Notes: generated from the letters alone by a model not told the origin. A stretch of 64,000 nucleotides of DNA from Candidatus Levyibacteriota bacterium (GCA_027334565.1 DAHWUP010000001.1:94726-158725), one strand, 5' to 3'. Shown: positions 39,053 to 48,340, counted from the stretch's first letter. Program-made: numbers and translations.

Positions 39053-40728
39053 ACTTTCTCAACCATGGTCACCCTAAGTACCTCCTCTATGGTGGTCAAT
39101 CCCTTGGCGATTTTGTCTACCCCGTCCTCCTGCATGGTCGTCATCCCCTCTTTTATCGCTTCTTTAGAGATGACGTCGGAATCGTTTTTTTCGGAGATCA
39201 ATTTTTTAATGGTTTCGGTCATCTCCAAAACCTCAAAAATTCCGATCCTTCCCAAATAACCCGTTTGATGGCAAAGCTTGCAACCTTTTCCTTTGGCTAC
39301 GATCAACTCGTCGTTTTTGGGAAAATATTTATCGAGAAGCTCAACCGGAATATTTCTTAGCATATCTTCTCTTTTAACGGTTATCTGAGCTTTGCAGGAC
39401 TCGCAAATTCGTCTTACCAGTCTTTGTCCGATGATCACGTTGACCGTTGAAGCAACCAAAAATGGCTCTATTTTCATATCAATAAGACGCGGCAAAGCAG
39501 TGGCCGCGTCGTTGGTATGAAGTGTCGAAACAACCAAATGGCCCGTCAATGCTGCGTTGACGGCAATTTCCGCCGTTTCGTCGTCCCTGATTTCTCCGAC
39601 AAAGATTACGTTCGGGTCCTGTCTTAAGATGCTTCTTAAACCGTTGGCAAAGGTCAAATTGGTTTTGACATTAACCTGGATTTGATTGACCCCTTTCATT
39701 CTGTATTCGATCGGGTCTTCAATTGTCGTGATATTTTTCTCTCTGGTATTTAAGATTTTAAGGATGGAATAAATGCTGGTGGTTTTTCCCGAACCCGTCG
39801 GTCCGGTGGAGAGTATCATTCCGAAAGATTTGTTGATCGCGGCGTTGACCTTTTTAAAATCATCTTCTTTCATTCCCAAATCCAATAAAGAAGAAGCCCG
39901 AAAATGCGAAGACAATAGACGAAGCACCGCCTTCTCCCCTTCCGCTATGGGTACTATCGAGACGCGAAGGTCCAAGTTATCGTCATCGACCATCATTCTG
40001 ATTTTCCCGTCCTGAGCACTTAAATGCTCATCGGTTCGAAGCCTGGACAAAATTTTGATACGGGTGATAATCCTGTCTGTCAATTTTTTATCAAGATACA
40101 ACATGTCGTGTAAAATTCCGTCGATCCTAAACCTGACCAAAAGGTCATTCTCCTCCGGTTCGATATGTATGTCGGACGCTTTATCCCTGTAGGCATAGGT
40201 GATCAACAAATCGACCATTTTGGCAATTGGCGCATCTTCCGATTCGACATTTTCTCCAACTTCTCTTTTTAAAAGGTCGTCAAACGTCTGCTGTAGATCT
40301 TTTCTGTAAAGCTGAAGGGTATTCTCAACGTCTCTTCCCGTAGCGTAATATGGGACCACCTTAAGTCTGGTTTTCCGTTCGATCATGTCTATGAGCTCTT
40401 TGTTGGTCGGGTCTACCATCGCCAACATCAGTCCGTCTTCGCTTTTGGCGAATGCGACCACCTTGAATTTTCTGGCGATTCTTTCCGGGATTATCGAAAA
40501 GATATTTTCGGGGATCGCGGTTTTAGCAAGGTAAATAAACGGATACTTTAAAAAATTGGCTATCAGGATTCCCAGGTTCTCGTCCGAAATCGCATCTTTT
40601 TCAATAGCGGCCTCCTGAAGAGGAGTTCTGGCATTTTTGGAAAATTCTTCCAAGGTGGCAAGGGTTTCTTTATTGACTTGACCCGATTGTAACAACAGGT
40701 TTTTCACCTGTTCGTTGGACAGTAACAT
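39049..40728 (-). CDS. pilB: type IV pilus assembly ATPase PilB/GspE
   Basis: N-terminal GSPII_E_N domain, Walker A (GPTGSGKTTS), Asp and His boxes, tetracysteine motif. Confidence 0.85.
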   Translation of the reverse strand: MLLSNEQVKNLLLQSGQVNKETLATLEEFSKNARTPLQEAAIEKDAISDENLGILIANFLKYPFIYLAKTAIPENIFSIIPERIARKFKVVAFAKSEDGLMLAMVDPTNKELIDMIERKTRLKVVPYYATGRDVENTLQLYRKDLQQTFDDLLKREVGENVESEDAPIAKMVDLLITYAYRDKASDIHIEPEENDLLVRFRIDGILHDMLYLDKKLTDRIITRIKILSRLRTDEHLSAQDGKIRMMVDDDNLDLRVSIVPIAEGEKAVLRLLSSHFRASSLLDLGMKEDDFKKVNAAINKSFGMILSTGPTGSGKTTSIYSILKILNTREKNITTIEDPIEYRMKGVNQIQVNVKTNLTFANGLRSILRQDPNVIFVGEIRDDETAEIAVNAALTGHLVVSTLHTNDAATALPRLIDMKIEPFLVASTVNVIIGQRLVRRICESCKAQITVKREDMLRNIPVELLDKYFPKNDELIVAKGKGCKLCHQTGYLGRIGIFEVLEMTETIKKLISEKNDSDVISKEAIKEGMTTMQEDGVDKIAKGLTTIEEVLRVTMVEKV

Positions 40729-40962
40729 ACTATTATTATAGTAGCAAAATCTTGTGGTTTATTAAAGCTGTCAACGGTTCAACGCCGGGTTAGAAGAAAT
40801 CCCAATACCGCGATCAAAATTCCAATACCGGCAATTCCCGTGCCGATGGCTAAATATTTAAATACAATGTATAAGGATTCCCGTTTTTGGTCACTCGCCA
40901 TAAAATTTATGATATGGATTCACAACCGAATTATTGCAGAAAAAAGTTCAAATTGTCAAAGT

Positions 40963-42708
40963 TTACTTCGGTAACCTTAAGACGTGTAAATTAAGCGGAC
41001 GGTTTTGCATTATCGCATTATATACACCCGGAATTTCGGGGTCGGTCTTATCAAGCACATAAGCGTTGACCACGGCCTGTTTGGCAAGATTAACATTTTT
41101 GTTTTCGTACGAAATTATTGCCAAGTATAACCAAAGCTTGGAATCATTGGGAAATTTTTTAAGGCCCTGCTCGATGATCCTTAAGTTATCCTGATAATCA
41201 CCACTTACCAAAGTAAGTCCGCCCAGGTCTTCATAGACAATGTAATAATCGCCGTACCTTAGCGCATTTAAATAAGCGTCCTTTGCCTTTTGATAATCAC
41301 CCAAACCGACATACAGTTCTCCCAAATTGTCAAGATTGGAAAAATAAGGATATAAAGCGACAGACCGTTCAAGATGCACTTTTGCCTGACTCAACTTTCT
41401 CTGTTTCATAAGCTCCAATCCCAAAACGCTTTCAAGCGAAAACGAATCGTCGGAGGTCATAACGTCATGGGTATACAAGGTCATGTTATCTTCAAAATCC
41501 AAACCTCTTATAAAAGTTTTTGCCGAAAGAACTATCAACATAATAAGAATGACTGCCGTGATCCATTTGTTCATTAACCGAATTTTAAAAGCTTCAAGCA
41601 TCACGCCCGCCATTCCCAAAAGCCCTACCGCCGGAAAATAGAACCAGCGGTCCGCAACGGTTTGATCGAGCGGAAAAATCTGCAGATGGAACAGAATCCC
41701 GAGCATTAGCCAACTGACAAAAAACAGATAAATCGTGAGATATTTTATCGAGTTTTTTTTATAAAGCAAATACGCCCCGCCGAAGATAAAAAACAAAAAA
41801 ATAAAATCAATTGCGATGGGTATGAAAAAATGATCTATGGAGATCTGCCGGTAGATCCACTGATAGGATATCGCGAAACTACCGGGCCAAAAAAAAGTAT
41901 TTAGATAAAAAAGGACTATTGCCGGTGCGTTTAAAAGTCTTACGAATATACCTAATTTATCGATAGGAGAGTTAGTAGCAGCCGTAAGAAGTCCTATCGA
42001 ATTCGTCCGAAGAAGTAGATAAATTACGGTTAGGACAACCGACGATATGAAAGTCATCGGAAAATATTTACGGTTGAAAATAAAAAGGAAAATCAGGCTT
42101 AAGATAATAAATAGTATTCCGGTTTCTTTGGAAAAAAGTGAAAACATAAAAAGCGGGATAACGTATAGAAGTGATTTTTTCGATTTCATGTTCGAGACAG
42201 CATGTACCGCCAAGATCCCGAAGAAAAAAAATAATGTGTCCTGCATCGCGGAAATATACAGGGCCGATTCGCTGTTAATCGGATGCAATAAAAAAACCAG
42301 CGATAGTAAAAATGAGTATGTTTTTTTAAAGAAGCGGCTAAAGAATAAGAACAAGATGCAGGTATTTAAAATATGCAGAAAAACTTGAATAAGATGAAAA
42401 ACAAAAGGATTGGGACCGAACAGACTGTATTCTATCGCAAAGGCCGAGGTTAAAAGAGGTTTGTAATAAACGCCGATCAACCTGTTCGAGCCGTTGTAGA
42501 ATGTTCCTCCGGCAAAAAATTGCGGGATATTAAAAACCGTATGTGCGCTTGTGTTTTGGACTATTTGCGAAAAATCATCCCCGACAAAGCCGTTGAATAA
42601 GCTATTGAAAAAAACTGCAAATCCGAGAAGAAAGATAAAAATGATTGCTTTTTTTGTGGTTAGAGGAAGAAACAAACCTTTAAACGTTACCTCGTCGTCT
42701 TTTTTCAT
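40963..42708 (-). CDS. polytopic GT-C-like membrane glycosyltransferase with C-terminal TPR repeats (TMTC/PMT_2/TfpW-like)
   Basis: At least 11 transmembrane segments; first-loop VGDDF motif; C-terminal TPR-like repeats (YFSNLDNLGELYVGLGDYQKAKDAYLNAL...). Confidence 0.55.
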   Translation of the reverse strand: MKKDDEVTFKGLFLPLTTKKAIIFIFLLGFAVFFNSLFNGFVGDDFSQIVQNTSAHTVFNIPQFFAGGTFYNGSNRLIGVYYKPLLTSAFAIEYSLFGPNPFVFHLIQVFLHILNTCILFLFFSRFFKKTYSFLLSLVFLLHPINSESALYISAMQDTLFFFFGILAVHAVSNMKSKKSLLYVIPLFMFSLFSKETGILFIILSLIFLFIFNRKYFPMTFISSVVLTVIYLLLRTNSIGLLTAATNSPIDKLGIFVRLLNAPAIVLFYLNTFFWPGSFAISYQWIYRQISIDHFFIPIAIDFIFLFFIFGGAYLLYKKNSIKYLTIYLFFVSWLMLGILFHLQIFPLDQTVADRWFYFPAVGLLGMAGVMLEAFKIRLMNKWITAVILIMLIVLSAKTFIRGLDFEDNMTLYTHDVMTSDDSFSLESVLGLELMKQRKLSQAKVHLERSVALYPYFSNLDNLGELYVGLGDYQKAKDAYLNALRYGDYYIVYEDLGGLTLVSGDYQDNLRIIEQGLKKFPNDSKLWLYLAIISYENKNVNLAKQAVVNAYVLDKTDPEIPGVYNAIMQNRPLNLHVLRLPK

Positions 42709-42854
42709 GAATTGATACTAACACCGGAAAATTTAAAACACAATGAGGTTAAGGAAAGGAAGACAAATTTAATCCGGGTAATGACACTTTTTGAAATGTT
42801 ATACAAATAGGATACCACATTTTTACCGTAAATTAATTATTAAAAATTAACATA

Positions 42855-42880
42855 AGGCTCCGTTCTTTCGAAAGGAGCCC
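42855..42880 (-). terminator. hsp20 rho-independent terminator
   Basis: ggctcc / ggagcc stem, then a U-rich tract on the minus strand. Confidence 0.5.
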
Positions 42881-42898
42881 TATGTATAAAATGGGTAT

Positions 42899-43324
42899 TT
42901 AACCTTCAGATTTGAACTGAATTTTTTTCGGTTGTAATTTCGGAGACTTAACAAATGTAACTCTCATTACACCATGCTTATAAGAAGCAGTTGGCTCTTG
43001 ATTGTTATCAATTTCTCCAGGAACAGCCGCTCTGTAAGAAAAAGATTTTACTGAATGCCTGTAGTATTTCCTATTTTTATCTTTTTCCTCTTCCTTTTCT
43101 TCACCTCTAATCCAAAGGTAACCATCTTGAAAAGTTAATTCAATATTTTTTGGGTCTATTCCCGGAAGCGCTGCTTCAATATAAACATTTTTCTCATCTT
43201 CCGATACCGATAAACCACTTGGGCTTGAAGAGGTAGTTAACCATTCATCATCTTCATTCCAAATAGAAGGTATTCTTAATGATGGAAATGAAAATATATT
43301 GCTAGGAACAAGATCAAATGCCAT
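42899..43324 (-). CDS. hsp20: Hsp20/alpha-crystallin small heat-shock protein
   Basis: ACD core (YIEAALPGIDPKNIELTFQDGYLWIRGE); SD AGGAGGTGAAT. Confidence 0.85.
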   Translation of the reverse strand: MAFDLVPSNIFSFPSLRIPSIWNEDDEWLTTSSSPSGLSVSEDEKNVYIEAALPGIDPKNIELTFQDGYLWIRGEEKEEEKDKNRKYYRHSVKSFSYRAAVPGEIDNNQEPTASYKHGVMRVTFVKSPKLQPKKIQFKSEG

Positions 43325-43346
43325 TTCTATTCACCTCCTTCCTGTA

Positions 43347-43379
43347 ATATTAGCAATAATATACAACGACTGCTAATAT
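43347..43379 (-). promoter_or_regulatory. CIRCE-like operator (atatTAGCA-N15-TGCTAatat; 27-bp TTAGCA...TGCTAA core) overlapping the -10 and spacer of a TTGACA-N18-TATATT promoter for hsp20
   Basis: 9-bp perfect inverted repeat. The minus strand carries a -35 TTGACA at 43382-43387 and a -10 TATATT at 43358-43363. The CIRCE consensus is TTAGCACTC-N9-GAGTGCTAA. Confidence 0.45.
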
Positions 43380-43456
43380 TTTGTCAAGAGGTTTTGGCAA
43401 ATTTTAGGTGATTAATAATTTTTGAAATACTATCAATAGAAAATTGCAAATACAAT

Positions 43457-43861
43457 CTATAATTTTCGATTTAAATATGTGACGTTTAATTGTAATATGG
43501 TCGCAAAACCTACCCATAAAAGGTATGGAATTTGAAGATAAGCAATCCAAGCAGCGTATGGATAAATTACCCAAATTAACCACAGCAATGACAATAAAAC
43601 CAAGATAATGTCTACTGCCGCCAAAAAATTATTTTTAAGTCCAAACTGTAATGGAGTAAATGAAAAATTAAATATTAAATTTAGTACAAAAGGTAAAACT
43701 AAAACCAATGGCAATTTTCCTGTAGCCACTTGATAAAAAACAAAACCAAAAGATATGAAAATTTGTATGTATAATACCGTCCACACAGGACCAAATAACC
43801 AATTTGGTGGAGCCCAACTGGGTTTTTTCAAAGTTTTATACCATTTAAAAGTATTGTTCAT
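43457..43861 (-). CDS. tspO: TspO/MBR tryptophan-rich sensory protein (short, 134 aa)
   Basis: WYKTLKKPSWAPPNWLFGPVWTVLY signature; five transmembrane segments. Confidence 0.75.
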   Translation of the reverse strand: MNNTFKWYKTLKKPSWAPPNWLFGPVWTVLYIQIFISFGFVFYQVATGKLPLVLVLPFVLNLIFNFSFTPLQFGLKNNFLAAVDIILVLLSLLWLIWVIYPYAAWIAYLQIPYLLWVGFATILQLNVTYLNRKL

Positions 43862-44044
43862 AAAAATATTGTAACAAATATTAAATTGATAATTTTCTAA
43901 TGACTTAAGACAAATCTTAAAACCATATGGTCACCGATGATTACAAACTAAAACTTATAGGAATTTTTATTCAATAAAATATTAACAATTTTGGTAAATT
44001 TTATGAGGCTAAGAAAATAAGTCTATGTGGCATTAAAAAGTAGC

Positions 44045-44070
44045 GATTAGATTGTCAAATCAATCTAATC
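44045..44070 (-). terminator. secA terminator: 10-bp perfect inverted repeat gattagattg-tcaaat-caatctaatc, then a T-tract on the minus strand
   Basis: Seen directly; overlaps the secA stop codon. Confidence 0.55.
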
Positions 44071-46777
44071 AATTAGGATAATGACATTTTTTATACTTCT
44101 TCCCGGAACCACACCAGCATGGGTCATTTCTTCCCAGTTTCTTTTTACCCGAAGTCATACCTGACGAATTTGAAGAAGTACCGACCGTGTTCGCCGAACC
44201 CGTCGAAACTTCGCTTGCCTGGTTTGAACCGGCCGCTTGTTCCGTCACATGCTGATGCTGCTCCCGGGCAGGCGTCGGAGCCTGCAACTGGATCTTGTAA
44301 ATGCGGTGCACTATCTCATCGTCGATCCCGTTTACCAATTGTTCAAACATTGTGAACGCTTCATTTTTGTACTCAACCAAAGGGTCCCTTTGTCCGTAAC
44401 CGCGAAGACCGATACCCTGTCTCAGATTTTCAATCGCATCCAGATGATCTACCCATAAGTTGTCTATAACGGATAGCGAAACGAATTTTTCGATTTGTCT
44501 GGTTAAGTCCGGGCCGACCTGTTTTTCGCGCTGCTGATAGATGTCGTCGGCAATTTTTGTCAAAAATTCAATTTTCTGGTCTGTCATCGAAATCTGCTCA
44601 AGTTGCGTTTTGATCTGTGCAAGGGAATTCTCGTCGAAGGGAATGATGGTGGCAAATTCCGTAACAATCTGCTCAAGCGGAGACTGCAGTGCGTAATTTT
44701 CCGAATTCAGCGAAACGCTTGCGGAAATCGCATTGCGTATTTTCTCTTTGATCTCGTTTTCAAGTTCCTCGGACTTTTCATCAGCCCTTAGTACTCCCTG
44801 ACGCCTTGCGTAAATTATTTCCCTTTGTTTATTCAAGACGTCGTCATAATCTACCAGGTGCTTCCTGATATCGAAATTATACCCTTCAACTTTTATTTGC
44901 GCCTGCTCTATCGCCTTGGTCACCAGTGGATGCGATAACGGCACGTCCTCGGGCATATTAAACCGGGTCATTAATCCCGAGATGGTGTCACCGCCGAAAA
45001 GCCGCATGATGTCATCGTCAAGCGCAACAAAGAATTGTGATTTACCCGGATCTCCCTGACGCCCGGATCTGCCTCTTAACTGATTATCTATTCTTCGCGA
45101 CTCGTGTCTTTCCGTACCGATAACAAAAAGTCCACCCAATTTTAAGACTTCCCCGTGGCGTTTTTCCCAAGAGTCCCATTCTTTGGTTCCGCGTTTCTCG
45201 GTACCGTCATCGTTTTTCGGCGTTTCACCACCCAAAATAATGTCGACTCCCCGTCCTGCCATGTTTGTTGCTACCGTCACCGCACCTTTCTCTCCTGCTT
45301 TGGCTATTATCTCAGCCTCCCTTTCGTGATTCTTGGCATTTAATACCTCGTGTTTTATTCCTTTTCGACGAAGGAGTTCGGAGATTATTTCATTTTTTTC
45401 GATGGATGTCGTTCCCACCAAAACCGGTTGACCGTCCTTATGCGCTTTTTCGATTTCCGATGCGACTGCAGAATATTTGGCCCGCGCAGTTTTATAAATT
45501 GCGTCCGACAGGTCTTTTCTTATCATCTCTTTATTTGTCGGAATGACAACAACGTCAAGCTCATAGATCTTATGGAATTCTTCCGCTTCGGTCACTGCCG
45601 TTCCGGTCATTCCGGCCAAGCGCTCATACATTCTGAAGTAATTCTGGAGAGATACCGTCGCCAACGTTTTCGATTCTTTTTGTATCGCAACCCCTTCTTT
45701 TGCTTCGATCGCCTGGTGCAAACCTTCCGAAAGTCTTCGACCGACCATCAATCTTCCCGTGAACTCGTCGACCAATATGACCTCACCGTCTTTAACGATA
45801 TAATCTTTTTCCTTATGAAAAAGCGTTCTGGCTTTAAGTGCCGCTTCAAGATGATACACCGTATCAAAATCTTTTTCATAAATATTGGCAATGCCATAAA
45901 TCTTTTCTATTTTACCGATCCCGTGTTCGGTCAAATGCGCCGTTCGTAATTTCTCATCGATTTTATAATCGATTTCTGGAGTTAATTTATCAACCAATTT
46001 TGCGTATTCGTAATATTTCTGGGTGGGCGCCTCATCCGGCATGGAAATTATATGCGGTGTCCTTGCCTCATCGATCAAAACCGAATCTACCTCGTCGACG
46101 ATCGCGTAATAAAACCCCCGCTGAACCAGACTATTTAAATCCTGCGCCATATTGTCCCTAAGATAATCGAAACCAAACTCCGAATTTATTCCGTAAACAA
46201 TGTCCTTTTGGTAAGCTTCGTTTCTGGTGACCGGCCTAAGGTGCATCAAGCGAAAATCTGTCACCTGGTTGTTTTTAAATGCGGGATCGTAAACAAAAGA
46301 CTCTTCGCTGATGATCGAGGCGACCGACATTCCCAAAAAATCAAAAATCGGTCCCATCCAACCCGCGTCTCGTCTTGCCAGATAATCGTTTACTGTTACC
46401 AGATGCACGTTTTTACCGGTTAAAGCATGAAGGTATAAGGCCGGTGTTGCCGACAGAGTTTTTCCTTCTCCCGTTTTTTGTTCCGCGATCCTTCCCAAAG
46501 CCAAAGTTATACCGGCGATCATCTGTACGTCAAAATGTCTCTGCCCGATGGTTCTTTTTGCCGCCTCCCGGACCAGGGCAAATGCTTCCGGGATCAAATG
46601 CTCTAACGGTTCACCTTCAGCCAGTCTTTCTTTAAACTCCTGAGTTTTTTTGGGAAAATCCTTGTCTTTTAATTTTTGGGTTTCGGGTTCCAAACCATTT
46701 ATCTTTTCCAAAAGCGGTAGGATTTTTTGGATCTCCTTTTCGTTCGAATCGAATAATTTACCGAAAATATTTAACAT
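44069..46777 (-). CDS. secA: preprotein translocase ATPase SecA
   Basis: DEAD-like motor, preprotein cross-linking (PPXD), helical scaffold and wing domains, and a C-terminal zinc tail (CWCGSGKKYKKCH). Confidence 0.9.
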   Translation of the reverse strand: MLNIFGKLFDSNEKEIQKILPLLEKINGLEPETQKLKDKDFPKKTQEFKERLAEGEPLEHLIPEAFALVREAAKRTIGQRHFDVQMIAGITLALGRIAEQKTGEGKTLSATPALYLHALTGKNVHLVTVNDYLARRDAGWMGPIFDFLGMSVASIISEESFVYDPAFKNNQVTDFRLMHLRPVTRNEAYQKDIVYGINSEFGFDYLRDNMAQDLNSLVQRGFYYAIVDEVDSVLIDEARTPHIISMPDEAPTQKYYEYAKLVDKLTPEIDYKIDEKLRTAHLTEHGIGKIEKIYGIANIYEKDFDTVYHLEAALKARTLFHKEKDYIVKDGEVILVDEFTGRLMVGRRLSEGLHQAIEAKEGVAIQKESKTLATVSLQNYFRMYERLAGMTGTAVTEAEEFHKIYELDVVVIPTNKEMIRKDLSDAIYKTARAKYSAVASEIEKAHKDGQPVLVGTTSIEKNEIISELLRRKGIKHEVLNAKNHEREAEIIAKAGEKGAVTVATNMAGRGVDIILGGETPKNDDGTEKRGTKEWDSWEKRHGEVLKLGGLFVIGTERHESRRIDNQLRGRSGRQGDPGKSQFFVALDDDIMRLFGGDTISGLMTRFNMPEDVPLSHPLVTKAIEQAQIKVEGYNFDIRKHLVDYDDVLNKQREIIYARRQGVLRADEKSEELENEIKEKIRNAISASVSLNSENYALQSPLEQIVTEFATIIPFDENSLAQIKTQLEQISMTDQKIEFLTKIADDIYQQREKQVGPDLTRQIEKFVSLSVIDNLWVDHLDAIENLRQGIGLRGYGQRDPLVEYKNEAFTMFEQLVNGIDDEIVHRIYKIQLQAPTPAREQHQHVTEQAAGSNQASEVSTGSANTVGTSSNSSGMTSGKKKLGRNDPCWCGSGKKYKKCHYPN

Positions 46778-46814
46778 AAAATGCAGATACTACATTCAAT
46801 TTTATCATAATTTT

Positions 46815-46851
46815 GCTTAAAAAATCCCCTAACCAAAGGCTAGGGGATTTA
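46815..46851 (-). terminator. hairpin aaatcccct-N11-aggggattt with a downstream U6 tract on the minus strand, 45 nt upstream of the secA start
   Basis: Seen directly; either the serS terminator or a secA leader attenuator. Confidence 0.5.
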
Positions 46852-46902
46852 AACCAATTGATCAACTGGTAATAATTGGTAATGCTCCAAATTACTTACC
46901 AA

Positions 46903-46932
46903 CTATTTCTTCTTCTTCTTTTTCTTTGCCAT
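46903..46932 (-). other. mini upstream ORF MAKKKKKKK (AUG-GCA then seven AAG/AAA Lys codons, then UAG) with a strong SD (GGAGGTGA)
   Basis: Seen directly: SD at 46933-46947, then a 9-codon poly-Lys ORF, then the hairpin, then secA. Confidence 0.25.
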
Positions 46933-47086
46933 GGACCAATCACCTCCTTAATAAATACGATTCAACTTTAAAAAAAGATGAATGATAATTAACTTTATCA
47001 TGAAATATTTTACACGGGTTGTCAAGATTTTTTCATAGCTTCAAATTGATACGTTTAGATTGATTTAAAGACAAAAATTACAGAAG

Positions 47087-48340
47087 CTATTTTTGCTTTT
47101 TTATGACACTTTTACCGATGATTTTTTGCAAAACTTTCGGGATCTCAACCGAGCCGTCCTGCTTTTGATAATTTTCCAAAATTGCTATTATCGGCCGGGT
47201 AGAAAATGCGGTTCCGTTTAAAATGTTTACATATTTTTTCTCGTTACCCTCCTGATATTTAATGTTCAGTCGTCTTGACTGAAAATCGGTGGTCGTTGAG
47301 GTTGAAGTAACTTCGCGGTATTTATTTTCCGAAGGAATCCATGCCTCCAGATCGTACTTCCTTGCCGCCGGAAAACCCAGATCGCCACTGCACATTTTTA
47401 CAACTTGATATGGAATTTCTAAAGCTTGCAACAATTTTTCTTCCACAGACAATAAATATTCGTGTTCCTTGTCGTCATCTCCTTCTTTGACAAATGAAAC
47501 CATTTCGATTTTATCGAATTGGTGAGCTCTTAGAATTCCCCGCGTATCTTTTCCGTAACTTCCCGCTTCCCTTCGAAAACAGGTAGAAAATCCGACATAT
47601 CTTTTCGGCAGTTCGTCATGTTTAAAAATTTCGTCTTTATGCATCGACACAATCGACTGTTCGCTAGTTCCTACCAACACCAGTTCATCCTTATCCAAAA
47701 TATACATATCCTCGTCTCCGCCGTTTTCCATATAACCCAAACCCTTCATCACTTCGGTCTTGATCAAAACCGGCGGAACGACCGGTACGAAACCTTCTTT
47801 GATAAGAAAATCGAAGGCAAGTTGCCTTAACGCAAATTCCAAAATTGCGGCATCATTTTTTAAAAAATAAAATCTCGCTCCGGAAATCTTTGACGCTCTT
47901 TCAACATCGATAATGTCCAAATTTTCACCAAGGGTCAGATGGTCTTTCGGTGTAAACGGAAATTTGGTCGGCGTCCCGATCTTTCGCAACACTTCGTTCT
48001 CCGTATCGTTTAATCCCACTCTTACGTCTTTTTTGGCAGGATTAGGAATTTTTATAAGTAAAGTTTGCAGTTCCTGACTTAAACTTTCAGCGGATTTTTC
48101 CTGTTTTTCCAATTTTTCCTTTATTTCTTTGCCCCTTTTTATCTGAGATTCGGACGGTTTTCCCTTGAGGTTGTGTGCAAGCGAATTTCTTTCCTCCCTG
48201 AGCTTTTGGATCATAAAATCCAGACCGCGCAGCTTGCTGTCGATTTCCAAAATTTGTTTAACGCTGACATTTACGCCTTTATCTTTCGCGCTTCTTTCAA
48301 TCTTTTCCGGATTTTGCCTTAGAACTTTGATATCAAGCAT
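47087..48340 (-). CDS. serS: seryl-tRNA synthetase
   Basis: N-terminal coiled-coil arm plus class II core motifs. Confidence 0.9.
   Translation of the reverse strand: MLDIKVLRQNPEKIERSAKDKGVNVSVKQILEIDSKLRGLDFMIQKLREERNSLAHNLKGKPSESQIKRGKEIKEKLEKQEKSAESLSQELQTLLIKIPNPAKKDVRVGLNDTENEVLRKIGTPTKFPFTPKDHLTLGENLDIIDVERASKISGARFYFLKNDAAILEFALRQLAFDFLIKEGFVPVVPPVLIKTEVMKGLGYMENGGDEDMYILDKDELVLVGTSEQSIVSMHKDEIFKHDELPKRYVGFSTCFRREAGSYGKDTRGILRAHQFDKIEMVSFVKEGDDDKEHEYLLSVEEKLLQALEIPYQVVKMCSGDLGFPAARKYDLEAWIPSENKYREVTSTSTTTDFQSRRLNIKYQEGNEKKYVNILNGTAFSTRPIIAILENYQKQDGSVEIPKVLQKIIGKSVIKKQK

Noticed and set aside
40741-40800. tRNA-like T-loop fragment ggttcaacgcc, and a general tRNA search in all gaps over 100 bp
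   Set aside because: No flanking acceptor, D or anticodon stem complementarity; the gaps are AT-rich and lack tRNA-like GC content. No tRNA is called without a scanner.
45350-45949. 199-aa plus-strand ORF, with several others at 44119-46635, inside secA
   Set aside because: It is antisense to an unambiguous, conserved secA reading frame and has a Cys/Arg/Phe-rich odd composition; spurious.
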